64,000 bases of DNA from NCBI GenBank assembly GCA_025558095.1, contig JAIVFI010000021.1, positions 1 to 64,000 on the forward strand, written 5' to 3'. This document shows, in pieces, positions 10,822 through 23,745 of this stretch; positions within the stretch are counted from its first letter, which is position 1, and the number at the start of each line of letters is the position of its first letter. Both the position numbers and the translations under genes were made by a program. The DNA is from Hyaloraphidium curvatum SAG 235-1 (Eukaryota; Fungi; Monoblepharomycota). The notes beneath the pieces are model-generated. The model searched no databases. It worked only from the letters and a program-made list of their open reading frames with translations, and was not told where the DNA came from.

Positions 10822-13415
10822 CTACACCGGAGCGACCTGGTCCTCGTCTTGAGCATCTTCATCCCCGTCCCCAAGGTGCCCCTCGGACTCGCTGTCCGAA
10901 TCGCTGCGTGCCGACGGTTCCATAGCCTTCCACAGGCCGGCGGCCTCCACCACCTCGGCCACGCCGGGGATCTGGACCGACTTGTCGACATTGTCGGGCA
11001 GCCCGCGGTGACGTCCGACCATGAAGACGATCGTCATGATCAGCTTCCCGGCGGGGGTAAAGACGGCGCTTAGGCTCGCCGCCACGCCCGGGTAACCCAA
11101 GCTCAGCCCGACGTTGCCGAACGCCGACACCACCTCGAAGATGGCGCTGAACACCGGTATCGGCGGATCCAGGTCCCTGGAGCACTCGATCGCCACGATC
11201 AGAAAGATGGCCACGATCACGAACCCCAGGTCCGAGAACATCTGCGCCTTGAGCCTCGTGAGCATGTACACGTCCGCGTGCCACTCCTTCTTGGTCCGCT
11301 CGTCGGGTATCGAGCCGATCCACCGGCGGAACCGGCTGCCCAGTCCCTCTGGCCGCGAGCCGACCATCAGGTCCTGCTCGAGGTACACGTTGGTCTTTCG
11401 GCGCACCAGGGCGATGGGGAAGATGGCGAGGTACATCCCGACGATGAAATAGATCAGCATGCCCGGGTTGAGCAGGTTCAGGTCGAAGATGGCCATGCCC
11501 GTGTTGCGCGTGTTGGCCTCCTGGAAGAAGCCGTCGAACCAGAAGCTCCAGCCGTGCCGGACGAAGCCGAGCTCGAGGTAGCGGTTCCAGTCGAGGCTGA
11601 GGTAGAGGATGAAGCCGAGGATGGTGAAGCCGAGGTTGACGAAGAGGATCCAGCGCGTCTCGTACGTGCGGAACATGAGCGTGTCTGGAGTCAAGGGGCC
11701 GGTCAGGGAGACGACGGCCAGCGAGCCCGATCGAACCCACAAACACGCCGGGGATGTTCAAGGAGAAAGTCGAGCGCGTCGAGGAACCTGCTGCTTTTGC
11801 GGTGGTCCGCCTCGTGGTGCTGCAGATCCTCCTTCGAGGGCACGGTCGCCACCGTCTTGCGCCGTTGGCCCCAGGCATCGTCGTGCCCCTTGCGCCGCAA
11901 CCTCTTGGCTTCGATCCACCGCATCAGAAGGACGATGTACCGGATGAAGACGGGCGAGAGGGTAAAACCCGCGTAGGTCAGCGCCACGAGCAAGTAGGGA
12001 ATGGGCCCGCCGGCCCCGTTCAGGAAGATGGTGGCACCAGCCGAAACCGTCGACAGGCCACAGTTCGTAAAGGCGGAAAAGCACATGAAGATGCCGAACC
12101 AGTAGGCGTTGGACTGCCGCGGTGGCGAAACAGGCCACGCAGCGGCGCCGGCGTTCTGGATCGTGTCCCGGAAGCCCGGCGAGAAGGCGAGCCAGATGAC
12201 CGAGATCGCCGAGCACAGGACCGGGGGCACCAGCTGGTAGAGCGGGACGAAAATGGATAGAAGGGTCAGGGCGTCGAGCTCCGGGATCGCCGCGGGGAGC
12301 TTGCGGGGGGCCCAGGCGGTCATCGACGTTTCCGACGTCTCCGCCGTCGGGCCCCTTTCCAAGTCTCCGGGTCCTGCAGCGCTGGCGGCACTGCTGGGTG
12401 CGGCGTACGTCTTTCTCCTGACCAAGGCCCCGCTGCTGGGGTGCACGACGTACTCGAAAGGCGGAGGCCTGGTCGGGGCGCGTGGCGGCCTGGCAGGCTC
12501 GGCAAAGGTCACTTTGGACGCCCCGCCCTGCGCAGGTGCCGAAATCATAATGCTCGTCGCCATGAGCGGGCTCGGCTTTGCCCCAGGCCCAGCGGCGGCG
12601 CGCGGCCACCCGGGAGGTTGGGCCCACGTCGAGCGCCTGCGCCTCAGGGTGTCCACCGGCTCCGTCCTGGCTTTACGCAGCGTCCGTTCGCCGTTTCCCA
12701 GCTTTTCGGGCCCGACGCTAGCTTCCCGGGGGGCGCTCTCCTTTTTCGCGTCTTCGAGGCTCTTGGCCAGGGCAGCCTCGCGCTTGTGCTCAAGGTAGTC
12801 GACGGCGGCCTTGAGGTAGCTCCTCCGGATCGCCACGGGAAGCAGCGACATGAACACGAGGCTCCCGATGATCATGGAAAAGAAGAGCACCGACTGCTGA
12901 TAGTCGTTAAGCGACTCCATGGGGACGGTTGAAAGGCCCGAGCCCGTCAGCGACGAGGCCGCGAGGAAGAGCGCGTCGATGTAGTTCAGCGACTGGGCCG
13001 ATATCATGAGCAGGCCGCTGAACAGGAAGAGCATGAAGACGAAGAAGGTGACGTGCATGAGCCGGAAGGTGGCGATTTCCCAGAACAGATGGTAGAGTTT
13101 GGACGCGTTCGACGCGTCCACGGAGTTGGTCGACGCGGTAGAGGTAATCGACGGGGGACGGTTCCGACCATTGCTGGTCCCCGAAGGGGATTGCTGATAT
13201 CCTCGCGCATCGACAGGCTTCAAAATAGAGCCGAGGGCCGGAGCGCCAAGGGGCGCCGGAGACGTGCCGATGCCGTTCTCTGCGGCGGGACCGGGATCCG
13301 GCTCCGGCTCCGGCTCCGGGACCCCGTCGTCCGCGGCCGCGATGGTGTCGAGAGCAAAGTCGTTTGCAAATGACGGAAGGTCGTCGGAGGGCGAAGACGG
13401 CGGATCCCGCTCCAT
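10822..13415 (-). CDS. Trk/HKT (TrkH-family) K+/Na+ cation transporter
   Basis: Four pore loops (SLTGSGL, AFTNCGL, NTRNTGM, SAFGNVGLSLG), HPRRVYTLMF after intron 11740-11685, terminal GRHRGLP...DKSV typical of fungal Trk. Confidence 0.92.
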
Positions 13416-13770
13416 GTGGCCGCTTGGACGGCGAGGAACGCACAGTCAGTGCGGTGGTCAAGAGGTAGACGCGCACCAACCTTTTCGGATCTGCGTCCTT
13501 CATCCAAAGCCAATCAGTGCAGATGTTGTAGTCGCGAGACGCACGACGCTGCTGCCGAACGTTCCCCATGCACTGCTTTCGTGCTCCCGGTAACACATTC
13601 GCCATTCCGCCGCGCAGTTAGAGTCAGTGTCCGTTCGCGTACCAATGTAGAGTCACAGCGGCCGGTGCCAGCTAGAGCCGCCGGTTGTGCTAACTTCCTC
13701 ACAATTTCAAGACTGTACAATACACTTTCTAGTGCCGCGTCTCCGTCTATGTCCTCCTCGCTTCCGCTCA

Positions 13771-16700
13771 TCAGATGAATGACGTGAAGATCGACTTCAT
13801 GATCTGCAGGGCGCGACGCGTGAGCAAAGCCTGCCAACAGGCACCAAAGCGCAGCTCACCTTCGGCAGGTCCGCGGTGTTAAGGCAGACGTAGCCCTTGC
13901 CCGACGGAAGGCGCTGCTGCAGGATCTCGGCCTCCTCGCCGAGGGTGCCGATGAAGATCGTGCAGGCCGTCACGCGGGGGTCCTGATTCATGATCTGGGA
14001 GCAGTGTGATGAGCGCTACGCGGAAACCGTCGAGCCAACCGACGCACCTTGCCCAGCGTCTCGGGGCGGATGCCGTACCGGCGCAGGTTGGCGTCGGAGA
14101 GAATCACGACAAAGTAGTCGTCGGCCTCCTCCTTCGTGATGGACTCGACGGCCTTCTGCGCGGCTTCGAGCGTGTTGTCGCCCGAGAAGCAGTACTGCGA
14201 GTGCGCGACCATCTGCTGCAGCACCCGCAGGCGCTCCGCCTCGTTCTTGGGCGGCTTGTCCGCGTTGACGAGCGGCACGGCGTCCGAGTCACCAGAGTGG
14301 CCGACGATGTCGTACTTGTACTTGTCGCCGAGCGAGTGGAGGGACTCCATGATCTGAAAGGAGGGTCAGAGGGGTCGTTTGCCGGCGCAAATCCCAACCC
14401 ACCATGAGGGCCGACTCCAGACTGCGGTTCAGCCGTCCGTCCAGGCCGTTGAACCTGTACATCGAGCCCGAGATGTCGAACACGAACATGATCCGCTTCG
14501 GCTTCTTCTGCGTGGCACCAAACTCGGGCTGCTCGTCGCCGCGACGCTTGTAGATCGAGTGCTCGCCGGTCAGGCCGTCGATCAGCTTCGACTCGTCCAG
14601 GTCGCCGTCGGTCTGGTGCTTGAGCCAGACGCGCTCCTTCTCCTTGGCCTGGACGCCCTCCAGGACGACGCGCAGCTGGCGGATCTCCTGGCTGACGTTG
14701 TTGTAGAACTCCTGGTACGCCGCCGCGTCGTACGCGGTCATGTTGATTTCCTTCGGGCGACGAGTCAGAACACTTTCAATGCGGGCGGAAGGCAGCTCAC
14801 CTTGAGCCTCTGCTGCAGACCCTCCCTGGCCATCTGCCGCGCTGCCGCCTTGACCTCCTCGGGGACCTGGTTCTTGAGCTCGTCCGAGATCTGCATCACG
14901 TCGTGGCCGAGGTCGAGCCGGTACGGCCCGCCGCGCCCGCCGAGGCCGGCCGTGCTCGACCCGCCGGTGCCGCCGCGCCACGTGTTGCCTCCCCGGTGGG
15001 GCTTGTTGTTCGGGTCCACCTTGCCCTCTTTGGGGTCCGTCAGGTTGGCGATGTTGCGGGGCAGGCCCTGGGCACCGCCGCGGCCGCGACCGCGCATCGT
15101 GGGCATGTTGCGTCCGCCGCGTTGCGGGCGCCGCATGCCTTCGTTGGCGTTGCCCTCGAACTTGAGCATGACGTTCCGCTTCTTGCCGCCCTTGCCGCCG
15201 GCCTTGGAGCGGACCGACTCGATCCCGAGCGACGAGACGGGAACCCCATGCTTGTTGAGGATCTGGAGCAGGATCTCGTGGTACTCCTTCCGCATGACGT
15301 CGAAGTCGAACACGTTGCGGAGCACCGAGTCGATCTCGTCGTCCGGGAAGCGCCGCATGTGCTTGACGAGGTTCATGAGCTCACGGAGCGAGTACGGGTA
15401 GTTGACGAGGCCGTCGTCGAAGGCCTGACGCAGGTCGCCAAAGGCCAGCACTAGCTTCTTCAGCGTCTCCTTGTCGAGCTCGGGAGCGGCCTGTGACAGC
15501 AACGAGAGCTCCGAGTCCACATCCGGGTTCTCGACGGCGTGGGTGGCAAAGACGTCTCCGATGGCCGAGAAGAAGTCGTTGCCCAGGAAGGGGTACCCCG
15601 GCCGGTTGGCCAGCAGGATCAGCCTGAAGTCGGGGTGCACGATGATGTCCCTGTCGTGGGCGGCTCCCGTGACGATCTCGGAGGCGGGGCGGATCTTGCG
15701 GCCGTCCGTGAGGGTCATCTCGCCGGTCTCGGCGAGCGACTTGAGCACGGAGGTGATGTACACGGGCGCCTTGTCGGCCTCGTCGACCACGAGCACGCGA
15801 CCTGTCTTGACGGCGCGCACGAGCGGCGAGTCCTTGTAGATGATGACGCCGGCCTCGACCGTGGGCTGAACCATGAGAGACTGGACCGTGGTGTCGCTGC
15901 GCGCCGATGACAGTCAGTCGAGTAGCTAGAACAGGCTCTAGGAACCAACCGGTGAAGCTGGATGTACTCCCTGGGCCTGTTGATGAGCTCAAGGAAACGG
16001 TCCGTGATCCTGTTCTTGCCGACACCCTGGTTGCCGATGAGGATGAGGTGCTCCCCGAGGGCAAAGTCCGCCACGGTCTCGCGCATGACGAGCGTGTGCA
16101 GGTCGTTGTCGAAGAACTGCGCAGACACGCGAGGCACGAGCGCGGCGCCTTCGGGGTCCTGCTTGGCGGGGTCGAACAGGGGCATCTTGACGTTGCCGAC
16201 GACGAGGAAGTTGTTGACGACCTCGGGAGGCGGCACGCCGCGACGCTCCTCGCGCGGGCGCGGGCGGATCTGGCACTCGGTGAGGAGCTCCTGGACGGCG
16301 ATGCGGGCGAGCGTCGGCAGGAAGGGCGACAGGAGGGTCCGGTTGATGGCCCGGTGGAGGTCCTGTAGAGGCGAAGCGAATCAGAACGAGACTGCTGATC
16401 GGGGCCAAAGCCTGAACGCACCTCCTCGGGGTCCTCGGCCACGCGCCGCAGGATCCGCACGAGCTGCCTGGTCCCCAGGTTGCCCGCCTTGTTCAGCACG
16501 CTCCCGCCGGCCTGCGCGCCGTCGCCGGCGCCCTCGGCCGCGTCCCTGAACTTGTGCGCAAAGTCCAGGATCTTGACGATGGCCTCCATGGGCGTGTTGA
16601 GCGGCACCAGCTTCTTGATGATCATCTCCTCCTCGCGCCGGTCGGGCCCGGGGATGTCGACAAAGGCAAAGAGCCCGCAGATCTCCTCCGTCATCCACGG

Positions 16701-19540
16701 CAGGCGGTCCGTGACCTTGCCCGACTGCGAGGCGTGGAGTGGGTAGCTGGCCGTCGCGACGATGCGGAAGCTCGGGTGCACGGGCAGGATCCGCTTTTCG
16801 CGCACGAGCTCCTGGTGGGACATGCCCGTCAGGCGGCGGATGTCCATGAAGCTGCGCTCCGAGACCAGCATCGAGCCGTCGGGCAGCGGGAGCTCGCGGT
16901 CCTGGACCAGGCGCGAGATCGATGCCAGGGCGCCCGGTTCCAGGTGGTTGACGCCCTCCAGGACGCACAGCTTGCCCTCGAGCGCGGCAACGACGAGGCC
17001 CGAGTTCTCCCTGGAAGGCGCGCAATCAGGGGCCACCAACGAGCCGGACAAGAGAGACACCCACCAGTAGGTGCTACCTCCGCGCTTCGTGCCCCTGCGC
17101 TGGAGCAGGTCCCTGGCGGTCATGTCCTGAAGGCGATTCATCATCAGCTTTCCCGCGACCCACTCCCGCGGGGAACACCGACCTTGTAGCAGTCCACCTT
17201 CTCGACGAAGCCGTTGGCGTACCCAAGCGCCTGCGCGTACAGGTTCACCAGGGTCGACTTGCCCGACCCCCTCGGCCCGACGACCATCAGGTCCTGCCCC
17301 AAGGCCGCGTGCTGCAGCATCGGCACGAGGTAGCTCGCGAACCTCGCCGTGTGCACGATCTTGCCGATGCCCGTCCCCGAGGGCGACACGGCGTCGATGC
17401 CCGGCACGAACGGCGGCGACGGCCCGCCGGGGACCAGCATCTGCACCGCCTCGGCGGCGTCGACGGTGGAGCGGAAGGCCAGGTGGAGCTGCGGGAAGTT
17501 GGACGGGTCGTCCTCGTCGTGGCCGACGAGCGCGTTGGCGGCCTGGGGCTCGATCTTGGTGATGGATTCGAGGACGTAGCTGTTGGGGAGGATGCGCGAG
17601 CGGCGCGGCGGCGGCGGCGGGGGCGCCGGGATGTCCTCGTCCGAATAGAACAGGTTCGGGTTCTGGATGGACTTAACGATCAGATCCAGGGCTCGGAAAG
17701 TTCCGGCGCGCCCTGCCAACCTTCGGCTTCGGCACGACCGCCTTGGGAACGGGGTCCCTGATCCCGAACTTCTCCAGTAGGTTGCCCCACGCGCCGTTCT
17801 GCTCCGTCGTCAGGCCTCCGACGACGGTCGCGTACGGGTAAACGCGCTGGATGACCGACTCGGCCGCCTTGCGGTTGAGGAACTCGTCCGGGAATGTCTG
17901 GGCGAGGTCGACGACGGTCGGGATCGAGGGCTGCGGGAACGAGGGCAGGAGCGAGCCCGAGGCCGAGGTCGACGAGAGCTGCGCCGTCGGGTCGTCTGCA
18001 TAGCACCGGATCAGCCAATCCGCGAGCAAGACGTCCGCGGAGACGACCCACCCATCCGGTTCCCGACGCGGACCGTCTCGGCCAGCATCACCACGTTCCT
18101 GACCATCTCCCTCACCCGCTCCCCCCTGTTCTTCCCCCCCGTCTCGGGCGGCGGCATCTCCCCCGTGCGCTCCGCCTGCTCCTTGGCCTTCTCAAAGTCC
18201 CCCACCACGTCGTCCTCGTCCATCTCGTCCGCGCGCTCGCCCACCAGCACACCCCTGCCGATCCGCCCGCCGGCGCGGCCGACGGCACCCCAGCCGTCGA
18301 TCCAGCGCACCTGGAAGCGCGACCGGAAGGGCGGGTCGAGCGGGTTGCCCCGGTAAGGGGGAACGGGCACGCCGAGGGCGATGACGCGGAACTGCGGGTG
18401 CACACGGACCAGGCGCCACTCGTCGAGCTGGGCCTGGGTGTTGCCGAGGGAGAGGAGGCGGTCGTAGAAGTCGGGGTGGACGAGGTGGCGCCCGTCCTCG
18501 AGGCTGAATCGAGCGGTCAGGCGACTATCGGCGCAATCAAGCTGCGGGAACCCACTTGATCTCGCGGTTCTCGAGCAGGTTGTTGAGCACCGGCAGCACG
18601 TTCCTCTCCGCCTTCTCGATGCCCTCGAGGATCAGGATCCTCCCGTGCACGGCGGCGCGCACCGCGGCGGCGTCGACCCATTCCGCGCTCAGCTTGCCCA
18701 TGCCCTCGGGCCGCACCACGCCGGTGCGGGCCTCGTCGGCGTCCTCCGAGTTGAGGATCTCGCGGCGCTGCTTGAGGTCCGACTCGGCCGATGTGTCGCG
18801 GTGCAGGGCGATGTACTCGTGCTCGCGCTGGACGAGGTTGCAGTAGGCCAGGGCGAGGTGGCGGCGGAGCGGGCCCGGGGGTCTAGCCAGCCAACACAGA
18901 GGTGATCAGAAGCGCCAGATTTTGGGACAGCGAGTAGCGGGAAGGCAGATCGTGAGGCACAGTAATGTCGGCGGCAGATAGCGCCAACATACCCCATGAG
19001 GAAGATGTCCTGCCCCATGATGTCCTTCTGCATCATCCACTGCAGATGCTCCAGGATCTCCTCGTCGGCCTCGCGCCCCTCCTCCTCCTCGGCGCCGTAG
19101 ATGTCCAGCCCGCCGAACTCGAGCGGCACGCGCTCCGGCGCGGCGGGCGGCCGCACGTCGATGCACACGTCGCCGATGCACACGCGGCGCGGCTCGCTCT
19201 CCGAGGCCGCGTTGGCGGCCAGCGGGCCGAGGTGGCCCGAGATGCCCGACAGCCGCCGCAGCGGGCCGGGCGCGGCGGAGCGGCCCCACGCGGCCTCGAA
19301 GGCGTCCATCGCCTCCTTCCCCTTGAGCTGCTTAAACTTGTCCTTAGCGGACGACATTTCCGCGGTTGTGGCCGGCCTAGGCGTGGCGAGCGTGCCGGCG
19401 GGAAACAGGAGCCGCGATGCGTGCCGCGGCCTGCCGGCTGGCGCGCCGCCTAAAGCGCCCCCTGCCGAGAGGGCCGAGAACTGCGGGCGCGGGCGCGCGT
19501 GTCTCCCTGCTGCGGCCGCAAGGAGGGACGCCGCTCGCAT
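13771..19540 (-). CDS. VWA8: VWA8 (KIAA0564)-like AAA+ ATPase with C-terminal von Willebrand A domain; about 12 introns
   Basis: HLQWMMQKDIMGQDIFLMG, LEGIEKAERNVLPVLNNLLENRE, GNPLDPPFRSRFQ, Walker A GPRGSGKS and GNQGVGKN, PHRGGNTWRGGTGG..AGLGGRGGPYRLDLGH, MIDAS DISGSM, LSDANLRRYGI; Arg/Ala-rich mitochondrial-type N-terminus; ends IMKSIFTSFI*. Confidence 0.93.
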
Positions 19541-19815
19541 GCACCGCGGATTGGACCGCGGCAAATCAATGGTCCGGCCGCGCACCATCAGCTCGCGCCA
19601 CTCACCGAACCGCTCGCTGGGGACAATCGGGACAGCTGGAAATCAAACGAGCTACATTCGTAAACAGTCGATGAGCTAAGAACGCGGCCGCGGCGTCCCC
19701 GATCCCCGATCGCACCCCGCGGGAGACAGGCCTCGCCATCCCCTGACGAGGCAAACCACCTCAACCCATCCGACCACCGGCGCACCGCGACAAAGATCAC
19801 CCCACGGGTCCACAC

Positions 19816-21074
19816 CTACACCCCCCTCCCCAGCATCTCGATCCACCGCTCAACCTCCTTTCCCCCGACGCCCCCGTTCCACCCCACCACCCGCTCGCCC
19901 GCCAGCCGCCCCTTGTGCCAGAAGCACACCGTGGGAAAGTGCGACACGCGGACGGCGTGCGACATGGCGGGGGTCGCGTCGTGGTTTATCTTGAGGAAGG
20001 AAGGGGGGCCGGAGGAGGAGGAGGAGGAGGAGGAGGAGAGGGTGCGCGCGGCGTTGAAGGCGGTGGGGGAGGCGGAGGATTGTGCGAGCTTGACGATGTG
20101 GTCTTCCATGTCTGGAGAAAAAGCCGGGTCAGACCAAAAGCGGCTGCTCTGAACAGTGCCGTTGACCCACCCCTGCACTCGGCGCCCCGTCCGACCGTGT
20201 AGAGCGCCACCACCACCCTGTCCCCGGCCAGCTCCGCCGCCTTCTTCAGCTCGTCCTGTCTCCGCACCAGCACCAGCGCCCCCAGCGGCATCGACGTCCA
20301 CTCGGGGTCGAAATCGAGCACCTCGTGCACCGGCTTCTTCTTCGCGGGCGCCCGCGCGGGCTTCTTTCCCGAGAGCGTGGCCCCCTTGCCGGCCGTTTTG
20401 CGCTTCTTGGGCACGTCCTCGTCGGCCATGGTGCCGTCGAACCGCGCGTCGTAGTCGCCGTCCTCGGGGTCGTCAAAGTCCTTGGATTCCGCGTACGTCG
20501 CCGGGCCTCGGGAGCGCTTCGAGCCTCGTGCGGGAGCAGCCTTGCTCTTTGCCGCCGGCCGCTCCTCATCGTCCTCGTCGTCCGCAGCGTGCGAAAGCGT
20601 CGCGATCCTGGCCTTCCCCGGCTCCGCCTTCCCCCCCGATTTGCCCTTCGACGCCTGCCCCTTTGGAGGCTCGAACGCCTTCTGCCCGCCCATCCGCGCG
20701 GCCCGCTCGGCGTGCAGCTGCGCCAGGAAGTTGTTGATCGACGCCGGCGCGGGGAGGTTCGACTCGGCGAGAGCGGCGGGAGTGTTCTTTGCCGATTTGG
20801 CGGGGACCTCCTCGACCTCCTCTTCATCACCCTCCTCCTCCTCGTCTGAATCATCGAGGGCAATCGGTCCCTCGCCAGAAGCGTCCTTCGCAACCCCATC
20901 TCCCGCCACGGCGTCCTCGAAGCCCGGTGCCGCGGTCCCGGCCGTCGGCGCGCCCGCGTACGCCTCGACCGCCGACGACCCGCCCGGCCGCCGCGCGACG
21001 AGCGTTTCCGTGTCGGCCTCGCCGTCCGACGGCGGCGCCGCGCGCTGCACCGGCGTCGACTTGACCCGCGGCAT
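19816..21074 (-). CDS. Protein with long charged disordered N-terminus and C-terminal atypical thioredoxin-fold domain
   Basis: After intron 20170-20112: ELKKAAELAGDRVVVALYTVGRGAECRDMEDHIVKLA...FLKINHDATPAMSHAVRVSHFPTVCFWHKGRLAGERVVG, a thioredoxin pattern including the cis-Pro (FPT) but lacking CxxC. Confidence 0.7.
20011..20037. repeat. (GGA)n microsatellite encoding poly-Ser within the thioredoxin-like domain
   Basis: Nine GGA units read directly in the sequence. Confidence 0.9.
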
Positions 21075-21121
21075 TCTGTTCAATTGTCCCCCGCAAGTCC
21101 CTTGCGAGACACAAGAGGTCG

Positions 21122-22114
21122 ATGGAAATCGTCTTCGGCACGCACCGCCTGACGCCGTCCAATATTCCTGTCGCGATTACTACGGCCCTCGATATGGGAT
21201 ACACGAGGATCGACACGGCGAGGAGCTACAGGATCGAGGAGCACGTCGGGACCGCGGTCCGGAACTGGATCTCCGCGGACGCTGCCCCGGAAACCCCGAA
21301 TGGGGCGGACGGGGAGGACATCGTCGGACCGCCGAGGAGGAGGAGAACGCGAAGGGACGTGCACATCACGTCCAAGCTCCCCCCCAAGGCCATGTCCTCG
21401 GACCTCGCCCACGCGACCGGCCTGGCCTCCCTGGAATCCATCTTCCCCGCCTCCTCGACCCCCGCGGAGGACCGCTACCTGGACGGCTACCTGATCCACT
21501 GGCCCGCCGCATCGGGCCTAGCCCCCTCGGACCCGCGACACGCCACCGCACGTCGGGAAGCGTGGTCCGCGCTCCTCCGCCTCCGCGGAGAAGGCCTCGT
21601 TCGCGAATCCGGCGTGTCCAACTTCACCCCCGCGCATCTCGCCGCCCTCCTTGCTCCTCTGCCGCGCTCGGAAAGGCCGGCGGCGAACCAGATCGAGGTG
21701 CACCCCGGGTGCTGGCGATCCCAGCTCCCGTGCGTCGAGTTCTGCCGCGGCGCGGGGATCGAGGTGCAGGCCTACTCGGCTGTCGGATGCGGGGAGCTGG
21801 TCAGGCACCCGCGCGTGGTGGAGCTGGCGGGGAGGGTGCGGGCACGGGTGGAAGCGGCGCGGGAGGAGCACGAGCCGCGGGCGCCGGATCGCCATCCTGT
21901 GGAGATCACGCCGGCGCAGGTGCTGCTGAAGTGGTCGATGCAGCACGGCATGCTGCCTGTGGCAAAGTCGGCCGATCCGGCGCGGATTCGGGAGAACTTG
22001 GGCGCGCGGTCGGAGGAATGGGCGCTGGAGCCCGACGAGATGGGGTTCCTGGACGGATTCCAGGAGAGGGAAGGGGGCGGGAAGATGTGCTGGGATCCCA
22101 GTGTCGTTGCATAG
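21122..22114 (+). CDS. Aldo/keto reductase
   Basis: GYTRIDTARSY (catalytic D,Y), ITSKL (K), YLDGYLIHWP (H), GVSNF, NQIEVHP, AQVLLKW, KS..PARIRENL; intronless. Confidence 0.95.
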   Translation: MEIVFGTHRLTPSNIPVAITTALDMGYTRIDTARSYRIEEHVGTAVRNWISADAAPETPNGADGEDIVGPPRRRRTRRDVHITSKLPPKAMSSDLAHATGLASLESIFPASSTPAEDRYLDGYLIHWPAASGLAPSDPRHATARREAWSALLRLRGEGLVRESGVSNFTPAHLAALLAPLPRSERPAANQIEVHPGCWRSQLPCVEFCRGAGIEVQAYSAVGCGELVRHPRVVELAGRVRARVEAAREEHEPRAPDRHPVEITPAQVLLKWSMQHGMLPVAKSADPARIRENLGARSEEWALEPDEMGFLDGFQEREGGGKMCWDPSVVA

Positions 22115-22462
22115 GCTTCCCTTCCCGGTATCTGTCGATCGCCCGTCGGGAGACAAGGACCGAGCCGAGTCTCCAGACGTCCGGATCTCGAACGCTCCGG
22201 ACGTCACCAGCATCTGAACCGCTTCCATCCTTCGTCCGGCCGCATTTCACGCCCGGACGGCATCGATCGTCCAGCCGGGGACGCGTTTGTTTTGTGGCGG
22301 GTCAGCCGCTCCCAATTCGTCCCCATCGGGCAACGACCCTGCGCCGGAAACCCCGGGGCCCCCAGGCTCCCTGCCCTTCTGGATCCCCGTCTCGCGCCGC
22401 GCACCGCCCGGAATCGCGCGTCGGCGAAACTCCCCGCGCGATCCCGCCCCGCCGGACGCGGA

Positions 22463-23745
22463 ATGCATCTCCCTCGCGCCGCCGCCCGCCCCGCGGCGCT
22501 CCTCGCGCTCTGCCTGCTGCTTCCCCGGGCAGCGGCGCGGTACGCCCCGGCGTACTTCGGCATGCATCTGGACCACTTCTACACGGGCGAGATCACCAAC
22601 GGCGACAACCCGTGGAAGTTCGCGGAGCGGTTCGGGCGCCACGCGGCGATATGTGGGTCCTCCTCCATCTGAACGCGCGAGCGGCGCGCTTATCCGACCC
22701 TCTCCGCAGACGCCGACTACCTCGACCTGTGCAAGCCATCGGGCCCCGAGGAATGCGAACCCTGGTGGCACATCCAGCGCTTCGGCGGGGAAGTCCTCCG
22801 CGTGTCGCAGGAGTTCGGCACGGGCGGCAACGCGCCGTGCTACTCGCTCGCCGTGCTGCCGTGGAACGGGCTGGGCATGTGGTACCCGGGGTCGCCGTAC
22901 CTGAACAGGCTGAGGGACGAGCTGGCGGTGCTGCAGGGGTGGGGGCTGAGGTGCATACTGGTGCGGTTCGCGATCGAGGCCAACGGGCACTGTGGGTCGA
23001 ATGCCGCGCGGCGGGAGGTGGTTGCGGCTGATCCTGGCCGCTGCTCCCAGGGTTCCCGTTCGGGCAGCAGCCGGACGAGTTCAAGCGGGCGTTCCGGGCC
23101 GTCGCCGAGACGCTCAGGCCGATGGGCATCAGGATGATCTGGAGCATGTCGCACTTCAACTGCCAGGGCCGTGGGGACTATGACCCCTGTGGGTTCTGCC
23201 GTCGTTCCCCAGCCTTGCGCGCCTTGCGCGAGCTCACCGCGCTACTGATCGCAGACGAACCGTACTGGCCGGGCGGCGACATCGTCGACATCGTCGGCCT
23301 GGACGTGTACCCCGGCGGCTTCCAGGACTCCAACACGATCATCCCCGACGGCGAGCTGGAGCGCTGGATCACGGGCTACTACGGCGAGTTCTGGCGCTGC
23401 AACTTCTACCAGCGCTGGGTCGTCGAGACCAACAAGCCGTTCCACATCACCGAGACCGGGGCGGGGTACAACATCTTCAACTCGTGGACGGGGGACGAGT
23501 ACACGGCCGTCAAGAGGTCGTGGTTCGCCAACGTGTTTTCCACGCTGTGGAACTACGACCGCCTCGTGGGCGTAACGTGGTTCGAGTACGTCAAGCAGGA
23601 GGACGGAGCGCACCGGGATTTTACGTTCTCGTTCAACCCGTCGACGCGGGACATCTTCAAGTCGATGATCCCGTGGGACCAGTTCTGCTTCGCGGACAAT
23701 GCCCAGCAGTGGGAGTACCCGGCCATCGGGCCTCGCCCCTACTGA
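22463..23745 (+). CDS. Secreted glycoside hydrolase family 26 (beta-mannanase/glucanase-like)
   Basis: Signal peptide; introns 22653-22709, 22992-23050, 23189-23254; RFAIEANGHW (acid/base Glu), PYWPGGDIVDIVGLDVY, KPFHITETG (nucleophile Glu), WFEYVK. Confidence 0.88.

Noticed and set aside
20482-23031. 849-aa plus-strand ORF and similar long ORFs (27158-29578, 28892-30829, 49014-50954, 36245-37654)
   Set aside because: Arg/Pro/Ala/Gly-rich shadow frames overlapping genes with clear motifs in other frames; expected at this GC content.
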